A DNA stretch of 32,000 nucleotides from Methanopyrus kandleri AV19. GTDB lineage: Archaea > JAADCQ01 > Methanopyri > Methanopyrales > Methanopyraceae. This document shows, one piece after another, positions 17,740 to 25,724 of the stretch. The stretch covers positions 660,001 through 692,000 of the forward strand of contig NC_003551.1 of NCBI RefSeq assembly GCF_000007185.1, in the 5' to 3' direction. Each line of letters starts with the position of its first letter. Positions within the stretch are counted from its first letter, which is position 1. Under the pieces are notes generated by a model. It saw only the letters and a program-made list of their open reading frames with translations, ran no database searches and had not been told where the DNA came from. The translations under genes were made by a program, and so were the position numbers.

Positions 17740-18481
17740 CGGCCAACACCCGCAGCCGCTCTCGGATGTGGTCCAGAACCCGGGCCAGCACGCGCCCGTT
17801 ATCGTACTCCCGGAGCACACCCTTCGCACGATCCGGGTCCATCCGCTCGTACTCCCGCGTGATCTTTCGGACGCAGCGTACGACGTTGTCAACGATGGTG
17901 ATATCGGCATCACGGGCCGTGCGGGAGAGCGGGTTCAGGTCGATGGCCACGACGGTCTTCCCGAGCTCCTTCAGGGCGCGGGTCCGGTCCCCGTCCTCCA
18001 GGGGTACCAGGACCACGTCCGCCCGATAGATCCCACGATCGTCGACCACGGCCCGATGCGAGGACAGGTTCGGGAGCCTGACAAGGTGCTCCGGGTCGGC
18101 GCCTAACACCCTGTCGGCACCGGCTTCCCTCAGGGTCTCGGCTATCTTCTCCACGCGATCTTCCGTCCGGTGGAATAGGTTCACCTCCAGCGGAGCGCCC
18201 GTGACCTCGGAGAGCTCTACGAGGTCCTCCGGGCATAGGGCGGCGGTGTTCCCGTTCACCGATATCACTGGGTGTTCGGCGAGCTTGAACGCGGCTGCCG
18301 CCGCCTTGATCGCCTCCCGTGCGGGTGGAATCGTCTTCTCGCCGATCAGGTAGTCGAACACCTCGCCCCTGCCCTGGGCGATCAGTCCTTGAGGCACCAC
18401 GTAGCCGTCCTCGAACCCCCGCACGAGGCGCTCACGGATCTTCAACGCCTCCGCCCTGGGGTGATCGGGTGGTATCTTCAC
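17717..18481 (-). CDS. Archaeal phosphopantothenate synthetase (4-phosphopantoate--beta-alanine ligase)
   Basis: HPRAEALKIRERLVRGFEDGYVVPQGLIAQGRGEVFDYLIGEKT, PVISVNGNTAALCPEDLVEL, VAIDLNPLSRTARDADITIVDN match the archaeal COG1701-type family as I recall it. Confidence 0.9.
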   Translation of the reverse strand: MKIPPDHPRAEALKIRERLVRGFEDGYVVPQGLIAQGRGEVFDYLIGEKTIPPAREAIKAAAAAFKLAEHPVISVNGNTAALCPEDLVELSEVTGAPLEVNLFHRTEDRVEKIAETLREAGADRVLGADPEHLVRLPNLSSHRAVVDDRGIYRADVVLVPLEDGDRTRALKELGKTVVAIDLNPLSRTARDADITIVDNVVRCVRKITREYERMDPDRAKGVLREYDNGRVLARVLDHIRERLRVLADEAAGAT

Positions 18482-19608
18482 CCGCGGTCACCCCGGAGCA
18501 GTTTCGAGAGAGCGTCTACCAACTTCCTGGCCAGCTCCCGCTTGTCCCCTTTCACCCGCTCGATGACCTCGCCGTCTCCGTCCAATATCCACCACTCCGA
18601 TCCCTCGGCACCGGCGGTCTCCGGAGGATTGGCGACGACGAGCTCACACGGGACTTCGTCCAGAAGCCGTCGGGCCCCTTCCACCGGCTCGGGATCTAGC
18701 TTGAATGCCACCCTAACTCCGTCGAAATCCGGAAACACTTCCCGTACTATCTTCTCGGTAGGGATCAGACGGATCTCGTGCTCACGTCGCGAGTCCAGCT
18801 TCCCGTCGGCACGCTCCGCCGGTCGGAAGTCCGACGGTGCCGCCGCCATCACGATAGCGTCCACGTCGTCGATCCTCTTCACGACCTCCTCGAGCATTTC
18901 GCGGGTGGTTTCCACCTCCACACGCTCGTCCATCGGGGGCGGGTCCACTCGGAGCGGCCCATGGACGAACACGACCTCGGCCCCACGCGCACGGAGCTCG
19001 CGGCAGATCTCACACGCCGTCCGTCCCGAGCTCCGGTTGGTGATCACCCGGACATCGTCCAAGGGCTCCATCGTCGGCCCGCCGGTGACCAGGACCCTAA
19101 AGCCCGACAGCTCTCCCTCCACGGCCTCTACTATTTCCTCTATCGAGGCCAGTTTGGCCTTCCCTTCCTCGATTACAGGTCCCACGACGGTGACGCCCAT
19201 ATCCTCCAGCTGGCGTAGGATCTCCCGAGCCGGTGGCGACCGGTACATGTGCAGGGACATCGCGGGGGCGACGACTAATCGTTTTCCGGCCCCTAACGAT
19301 GTCACGGCCGTGAGGGGGACGGGGGCGTCAGCTACCCCGCGCGCGATCTTGGCGAGGGTGTTCAGCGTGGCCGGTACTACCGCCACCACGTCGGCCCACT
19401 CGGCCAGCTCTACGTGCTCCGCCCGTGATGTGAGCCGGAAGATGACCTCCTCGGCCGCGAACCCCAGTGCGTCCTTACCTACGAACCTCAGGGCCTCCTC
19501 CGATGCGACGACCCGGACGCGATGACCCCGACGTACCAGTTCCCGGCAAACGTCCGGGGCGCGATACGCGGCTACGCTACCCGTCACGCATACGACCACG
19601 TTAACCAA
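18478..19608 (-). CDS. coaBC: Bifunctional phosphopantothenoylcysteine decarboxylase / phosphopantothenate--cysteine ligase
   Basis: VTGSVAAYRAPDVCRELVRRGHRV, PATLNTLAKIARGVADAP, VTGGPTMEPLDDVRVITNRSSGR, AMSLHMY. Confidence 0.93.
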   Translation of the reverse strand: MVNVVVCVTGSVAAYRAPDVCRELVRRGHRVRVVASEEALRFVGKDALGFAAEEVIFRLTSRAEHVELAEWADVVAVVPATLNTLAKIARGVADAPVPLTAVTSLGAGKRLVVAPAMSLHMYRSPPAREILRQLEDMGVTVVGPVIEEGKAKLASIEEIVEAVEGELSGFRVLVTGGPTMEPLDDVRVITNRSSGRTACEICRELRARGAEVVFVHGPLRVDPPPMDERVEVETTREMLEEVVKRIDDVDAIVMAAAPSDFRPAERADGKLDSRREHEIRLIPTEKIVREVFPDFDGVRVAFKLDPEPVEGARRLLDEVPCELVVANPPETAGAEGSEWWILDGDGEVIERVKGDKRELARKLVDALSKLLRGDRG

Positions 19609-20122
19609 AGGTTACCTCCACCTCCATCCCCGTGAGCTCCTTCACGGCCTTCTCGAGCTCCTCGGTGTCCGCGGGCACGCGGTGCCGGTCCCGGTGATGG
19701 ATCACCGCCTTGTAACGCTCGCCGTCCGGCTCGTAGACTACGTTCACGCTGAGCAACCGAGCCGGTAGGATCAGATCCTGTATGAGTTTCCTCAATTGGC
19801 GTACGTCCTTGGGATCCTCTACTTCTTCCACGACGCGCACCTTCTTACCTAAGTGGTCCGACAGGGCCCTCGAGATCCTACCCCGCTTGCCGATGAGCTT
19901 CCCAGCCATCCCCTGTTTCGTCACCAGCACCACCAGGTTTCCCGTGTCTATGGTCCTCAGCAGCGCGACGTCTTCGAGCGACGGGTGGTCTTCCTTCAGT
20001 TCTACTAGCTTTTTGGACACTTCAACGTCGGTCTCCGTGATCTCTCCCTGTTCCAGTCTTTCCTCACAGCCCGGGCATAGAAGCCCGGTCTTCGCGCACA
20101 CTTCACAGATCGGTAACTCCAA
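19601..20122 (-). CDS. KH-domain, NusA-like RNA-binding protein with Cys-rich N-terminus
   Basis: LPICEVCAKTGLLCPGCEERL then VTKQGMAGKLIGKRGRISRALSDHLGKKVRVVE (KH GxxG). The listed ORF begins at 20227; TTG 20122 or TTG 20128 fits family architecture better. Confidence 0.75.
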   Translation of the reverse strand: MELPICEVCAKTGLLCPGCEERLEQGEITETDVEVSKKLVELKEDHPSLEDVALLRTIDTGNLVVLVTKQGMAGKLIGKRGRISRALSDHLGKKVRVVEEVEDPKDVRQLRKLIQDLILPARLLSVNVVYEPDGERYKAVIHHRDRHRVPADTEELEKAVKELTGMEVEVTFG

Positions 20123-20293
20123 CTTCAAACCCCCGAGAATCAGGTTCGGGAGGCCGCCGTGGGAATCGTCCGTTAAAAAGTTGACCCGTAGGGCACCCGG
20201 TCCGTGTGGCGCGTTCCCGAAACTCATTTACCAGATCCACGGCACTGCGCACGGTCCAGCCCTATAATCAGCGAGCTAGCGGGGGTACACACC

Positions 20294-20575
20294 ATGGCAG
20301 AGGAGGAGAACGTGGTATACGTCGGCAGTAAGCCCGTCATGAACTACGTTCTGGCCTGTATTACGCAGTTTAATGAGGGCGCCAACGAGGTCCGGATCAA
20401 GGCGCGTGGCCGTGCGATCAGCCGTGCAGTCGACGTCGCGGAGATCGTCAGGAACCGCTTCATGCCCGAGGTCGAGGTCAAGGACATTAAGATCGGTACC
20501 GAGGAGCTAGAGACGGAGGAGGGCGACACCGTCAACGTGTCTACGATCGAGATCGTGCTCGAGAAGCCCGTGTAA
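20294..20575 (+). CDS. albA: Alba family DNA/RNA-binding protein
   Basis: [53 protein letters not shown] at 20294 with upstream GGGGGT; the listed ORF extends further upstream. Confidence 0.93.
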
Positions 20576-22889
20576 TCGGGCTTTTTAACCCTGTCATTCT
20601 CCTCTCAGTCCTTCTAATTCTCACGCGAACCGGGACCGGTACCGGGAGCGCTACGCCCGGATGACTCTCAGATTCCCTCGATGGTGTCGCCACTCCGAGT
20701 CCGGGAGGAATGTACTCGGTGGGCCCCGATGACGGTGCCTGAGACGGTGTTCGGACTCTCCTCACCGTGGTCGTAGTCACGGCTTCTTCTCCCATCAACC
20801 AACCTAGAGCATCGGCGAAGAATACCTCGACGGTGTAGAAGCCGGAGCCCCCGGTTTTCACCCACACGTCTATCACCGGGGATATATCCCCCGATTTGAC
20901 TTCCACTCCCTCCAAGTCGCCCTCTACGACAGGGTGGTCGGGTTCCGATAACTTCACCAGTGCTGCTCCGACTACCTGGTTACGCCGGCTCACTACTATC
21001 ACTACGGAGAGTCCCTCTCTGATAGTTGGAAGGTTAGAGAGTTGTACTCGGTAGTGGACTTCCTCGCTGCTCGTGATAGTTGGTCCAGAGATGTTCACAG
21101 CGATCTTCAGCATCCTGTACCTCAGGGGGATGACCGGTAGGTATCCGCCGATTAATGTCAAGGACCGTAAGCACGCGATAGGAACCGACGGCAGCGCGAA
21201 CACACGTTGTTCGGTCCCTTGTTCAGTCTGGTATATCATTACCACCATCTTGCCGATGACGTACCCCTCGCCCGTGGGTACCCCGGGCGGTGTCATGGTT
21301 TTGCCTGTCGGTATCACTACGACTGATTTCACTCCCTCTGCGGTTATGGTTAATGTCGATGCCCACGGCTCCCATAGTCTGATATCGTTGAACTCGTCTG
21401 TGGGTAACACCACGTTGGGCACGAACTTCGGATCTCTAGCCCTAGTGTCGGATGTCCCGAGCACCCACAGGAGTTCCTCGCCGGATTTCCCTTCGGATTC
21501 TTTTTCCTCGGTCGTCCGGACTGCCACCGCGAGCACGCACGGTGTCGCGTATACAGTATCTCCTTCCCGTTCTACCGCTACGGGAATTGGGAACGATCGG
21601 ATGCCGTCACTCTCGACGACGTCCAACCAGAACATGGCCGAATCTTCCAGCCCCTTGATCCCTATCAGGGACACCGGCTTAGAGCCCTTCGGAACGATGG
21701 CTGCCGGCTTGTTCCTGATGCTCGCCAAGATCCTCGGGTTGGCGCATATCTCTAGGACGGCGGGTTGGCACCAGATCACATCGCCATCGAAGATTACCTC
21801 ATCCGTCGGCGAGGGGTTCAGGAGGTCCTTCAGATAAGAGATCGGGTCCCTTCCGTCCGTCCAAGCGGTCAGGAACACCACCGTGCCGTCACTCAAGGTA
21901 GTGTGGGCCAGTAGCAGATCTCCGATCGGAAGTGAGCAAGCTTCGTCGGACAACCTCGTGTGTGCGATGGGTAGGTATGTGTCGTCGACCGGCGAGTACC
22001 CGAGGAGGGTGAGATAAACGCCGCATTCCTTCCATTGCTTGGCGTACGCGACGGCTACCCAATTCGCCAGGATCCTCCGGTCCTTGAGTCGATACTCACA
22101 GTATCCAGGCACTTTCACGACGTCGGCGTCGAACGTGGTCACGTACTGGAAATCGCTGATGACGGACCCTGGGACGACTTCGAGGCTGAGGTTACTCGGA
22201 TCCACTCGGACGAGTGCGGAGTACAGGTCCGCACCGTACTCCTCGACTGGTTTCCCTTGCACGCTCACGGTGTACAACACCAGGAACAGGGGCCTCTCCA
22301 CGTTGCCGGAATATTCGTAGCCCACGTGCAAGACACGGATTCGGCCGACTTTTCCTGGGGCTCGGATTGCATACTTATTATCGGCTTCCAGCTCGGGCAC
22401 GTACAGGGCTTCACTTCCGGGTAGGTTCAAGTAAGTCACGAACGACAGACGGAACGCGTGCAGGAGGACGCCGTCGCTGCTCGGGCTTACGAAGAGGACG
22501 ATGCCGCCGTCATTAGAGGGGGCGTAAGCGGCGTCGGTGGGAGTTTCCCCCTGTACGGATTTCAGCTTACGAGCCCAACCGTTCCAGTTCACGAACCATA
22601 TGTCCGCGCCTGACTTGGTACTCGTCGCGACCAGGACGCCTTCCGCTTCCACCCCAGGTTGTACCTCCACGTGTTGTCTCGTCGTGACCTCACACGCGCA
22701 ACACACCTTGGCGCCGGTCAGCTTCACGTCTCCAGGGGTCGAGGTATCGAAGTGTGGGAAGTAGTCGGAGAACATCGTTCGTAGTTCTTCTCTCCACTGC
22801 TCGTACGGATCGCTCGGAGGTTCCAACGAGGCCACGGGCGCCGTCACGGCAAAAAACATTATAAGTACAGCGGGGACGAGGTGGTGCAC
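20541..22889 (-). CDS. Large secreted/surface protein (hypothetical)
   Basis: 782-aa ORF with signal-peptide-like N-terminus [25 protein letters not shown]; GTG start 22889 (alternative ATG 22859). Confidence 0.7.
20564..20585 (+). terminator. Intrinsic-like terminator hairpin overlapping alba stop codon
   Basis: AAGCCCG-TGTAAT-CGGGCTT with T run (CGGGCTTTTTAACC); the TAA stop lies in the loop. Confidence 0.6.
22853..22866 (+). promoter_or_regulatory. Candidate BRE/TATA promoter of the CODH/ACS operon
   Basis: AAAAACATTATAAGTACAG, about 90 nt upstream of cdhA ATG, in otherwise GC-rich sequence. Confidence 0.5.
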
Positions 22890-22901
22890 GGTTCGGGTTC
22901 C

Positions 22902-22919
22902 CCCGAAACTGGTTTCGGG
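22902..22919. repeat. 8-2-8 perfect inverted repeat (CCCGAAAC-TG-GTTTCGGG) in the surface-protein/cdh intergenic region
   Basis: Read directly; CCCGAAACTGGTTTCGGG about 27 nt upstream of the cdhA ATG (22947). Confidence 0.75.
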
Positions 22920-22946
22920 AAAGCCGTAAGGTCGGGTGGTTAGGGA

Positions 22947-25229
22947 ATGTCCCCGTTCGAGCTCGAGTTCGAGGGGTTGAAAGTCCAGATAGGCTCCATC
23001 GAGGGCTTCGAGCCCAGGGGAGAGGGGCCGCTACCCTGCCCGACCGTCTCAGATCTCGCGGACTGGGATAGAAAGCTTTTCGCCCGGTATCGGGTGATCG
23101 CGTTTCCCATCTGTGACATGTGTTGTATGTGCACCTACGGCCGTTGTAATCTGGCCGAGGGCAGGCGAGGAGCTTGTGGAATAGATATCCGCTCCAACAC
23201 GGCCCGGTTCACCGCGCTCAAGACCTGCATCGGTGCGGCCTGCCACGCGGCCCACGCACGCCACCTCGTCGAGTACATCTTGGAAAAGCTCGGTGACGTT
23301 GAGATCGATCTGGGCTCCGAGGTCGACGTGATGACTCCGATATTCGAGACGCTCGTGGGATTCAAGCCGAAGACGGTTTCGGACCTCGAGAAGGGGCTTG
23401 AGTACATCGAGCGCGAGCTCACGAAGGTCCTATCGTCCGTGCATGTGGGTCAGGAGATGGATCCCCACGATTACGAGTCCAAGGCCCTCCACGCAGGCAT
23501 GATCGACAACCTCGCGCTCGAGATCGCCGACGTGGCGCAGATCGCGGCCTTCGATATGCCGAAGGGTGAGGCACCCCTCGTGGAGTTCGGACCGTTCGCG
23601 GCGGACGACTCCAAGCCGTGTATACTGCTCGTAGGTCACAACGTGGCTCCCGGCACCGAAGTTCTCGATTACCTGGAAGAGCGCGGTCTCGACGAGGAGG
23701 TCGAGGTTCTCGGGATCTGCTGCACGGCCTGGGACGTCAGCCGTGTGGACGACCGTTCGAAGGTGATCGGGCCCCTATCGAGGCAGCTCCACTACGTGAG
23801 GATGGGTATCGCGGACGTGGTAGTGCTCGACGAGCAGTGCATCCGCGCGGACATCGTGGAGGAAGCCAACGAGGTGGGATCTAGAGTCATCGCCACGCGC
23901 GATCTAGTGATGGCCGGACTGCCGGACGTCACGGACGAGCCCACGGAGAAGATCATCGAGAAGATGGTATCCGGGGAGTGGATGGGGGTCTTCATCGAGG
24001 ACCTGGAGAAGGCCGCCGAAGTCGCGGTCGAGGTCGCGATAAGGGTTCACGAGCGGCGGAAGAAAGAGATCCCACAACCTGACCCGAAGAAACTCCAGAA
24101 GGAGGCCAAGCGCTGTTTGGGATGTGGCGACTGTGAACGGGTATGCCCCAACGACTTACCGATCGTCGAGGCTATGGAGAGGGCGGCGAACGGCGACTTC
24201 GAGGGACTGGCCGACTTGTTCGACCGGTGCGTGGGTTGTGCCCGGTGCGAGTCCGAGTGTCCGACGAAGCTCCGTGTTATGAACATGATCGAGGACGCCT
24301 GGAGACTGAGGACTAAAGAGGAAAAGTACAAAGTGCGTACCGGCCGCGGTCCGATTAAGGATGTCGAGATACGGCAGGTAGGAGGTCCTATCGTGATGGG
24401 GGATATTCCGGGTGTAGTTGCCTTCGTAGCGTGTCCGAACTATCCTGATGATGTGAAGCAAGTGGGTAAAATGGTGGAAGAACTTCTGGAACGAAATTAC
24501 ATCGTACTGACTTCGGGTTGCACTGCGATGGCACTCGGTATGTACACGGATGAGGATGGTAAGACCTTGTATGAAAAGTACGAAGATAGGTTCGATGCAG
24601 GTTGTCTCGTGAACACTGGCTCCTGTGTCTCGAACGCTCACATACTCGGCGCATGTATTAAAATTGCCGCCATCTTCGCGAAGAAGCCACTTAAAGGGAA
24701 CTTCAAGGAGATTGCTGATTACATCCTCAACAGGATCGGAGCTTGTGGTGTACTGTGGGGTACGATGAGTCAGAAGGCCCTCGCGATATCCACGGGCTTC
24801 ACGCGGTGGGGTATTCCGATAGTTTACGGTCCGGCTGGTCTCAAATATCAAACCTTATACATCGGCGACCTCGACGGGGATTGGACGGTGTACGACGCAC
24901 GCACGGGTAAGGAGTGCAAAGAGTACTGTCCCATTCACCTGAAGTACGCAGCGGAGGACTGGAGGGAGGCGCTCGTTCAGGCGGTGAAGCTCTGCATCCG
25001 CCCCAACGATACACCGCAGGGACGACAGACGAAGCTTCAGAACTACATCGAGCTGTACAAGGAGTTCTACAACGAGCTCCCACCGGACCTGCCACTGTAC
25101 GTCCGTGACAAGAACGACGTTCCGATCACCCTGCGCGACGAGGTGATGGAGTACCTGGAGGAGGTCGGTTGGAAGCCCCGGAAGGGTATCACCGAGCCGA
25201 CCTTACTGGAGGAGAACGTGCGGGGTTAA
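22947..25229 (+). CDS. cdhA: Acetyl-CoA decarbonylase/synthase alpha subunit (CO dehydrogenase, catalytic)
   Basis: PICDMCCMCTYGRCNLAEGRRGACGID, GHNVAPG, GICCTAWD, DEQCIRADI, two ferredoxin-like motifs CLGCGDCERVCP and CVGCARCESECP, NTGSCVSNAH, CIRPNDTPQGRQ. Confidence 0.96.
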   Translation: MSPFELEFEGLKVQIGSIEGFEPRGEGPLPCPTVSDLADWDRKLFARYRVIAFPICDMCCMCTYGRCNLAEGRRGACGIDIRSNTARFTALKTCIGAACHAAHARHLVEYILEKLGDVEIDLGSEVDVMTPIFETLVGFKPKTVSDLEKGLEYIERELTKVLSSVHVGQEMDPHDYESKALHAGMIDNLALEIADVAQIAAFDMPKGEAPLVEFGPFAADDSKPCILLVGHNVAPGTEVLDYLEERGLDEEVEVLGICCTAWDVSRVDDRSKVIGPLSRQLHYVRMGIADVVVLDEQCIRADIVEEANEVGSRVIATRDLVMAGLPDVTDEPTEKIIEKMVSGEWMGVFIEDLEKAAEVAVEVAIRVHERRKKEIPQPDPKKLQKEAKRCLGCGDCERVCPNDLPIVEAMERAANGDFEGLADLFDRCVGCARCESECPTKLRVMNMIEDAWRLRTKEEKYKVRTGRGPIKDVEIRQVGGPIVMGDIPGVVAFVACPNYPDDVKQVGKMVEELLERNYIVLTSGCTAMALGMYTDEDGKTLYEKYEDRFDAGCLVNTGSCVSNAHILGACIKIAAIFAKKPLKGNFKEIADYILNRIGACGVLWGTMSQKALAISTGFTRWGIPIVYGPAGLKYQTLYIGDLDGDWTVYDARTGKECKEYCPIHLKYAAEDWREALVQAVKLCIRPNDTPQGRQTKLQNYIELYKEFYNELPPDLPLYVRDKNDVPITLRDEVMEYLEEVGWKPRKGITEPTLLEENVRG

Positions 25230-25234
25230 GCCCG

Positions 25235-25714
25235 TTGCCGCTACCGAGGGACCCCACACTGATTTACACGGACAAGGCCGAGGTGGCCCGAGCGCCGGTG
25301 CTCAAGATGGTGTTCCGTCGCGCTAACGATTCGCTGATGATCGTCGGCCCGAGGGCCGTGGAGGACGAGGAGTGGCGAGAACTCCTGATGAAGCTGCGCG
25401 AGGAGTTCAGGATGAGCGCCGTCTGCACGGCCCCGTACAAGGGCAATGACCTGGGTCGCAAGATGGGCATCGTCGAGGCGGCGACCCTGCTCCAGCGGGA
25501 CGCCCCGGTGCTCGGAGTTCACCCGGATCTTGTCGTGTTCACGGGCTCCCGCACCGACGTAACCGACCGCGTGCTTCAAGGACTTCGTCATGCGCGGCCG
25601 GACCTGGTGAAAGTATCATTGAACCCCGAGTACTGTCCCAGCGCAGATTACTCGCTACCTACAGTGAAGAGGGATCAGTTCCTCCAAGAGTTGAAGGCTT
25701 TAGTGGGAATCTAG
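25235..25714 (+). CDS. cdhB: Acetyl-CoA decarbonylase/synthase epsilon subunit
   Basis: Small Rossmann-like protein between cdhA and cdhA': KAEVARAPVLKMVFRRANDSLMIVGPRA...LNPEYCPSADYSLPTVKRDQFLQELKAL. Start uncertain (TTG 25235 proposed). Confidence 0.8.
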   Translation: MPLPRDPTLIYTDKAEVARAPVLKMVFRRANDSLMIVGPRAVEDEEWRELLMKLREEFRMSAVCTAPYKGNDLGRKMGIVEAATLLQRDAPVLGVHPDLVVFTGSRTDVTDRVLQGLRHARPDLVKVSLNPEYCPSADYSLPTVKRDQFLQELKALVGI

Positions 25715-25724
25715 GGGTGAGAAG

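Noticed and set aside
17378-19525. Plus-strand ORFs 17378..18106 and 18272..19525
   Set aside because: Antisense to well-supported hisD, phosphopantothenate synthetase and coaBC.
24156-24851. 231-aa minus-strand ORF inside cdhA
   Set aside because: Sits opposite the CdhA ferredoxin and catalytic motifs; it persists because that patch has a different composition, not because of coding evidence.
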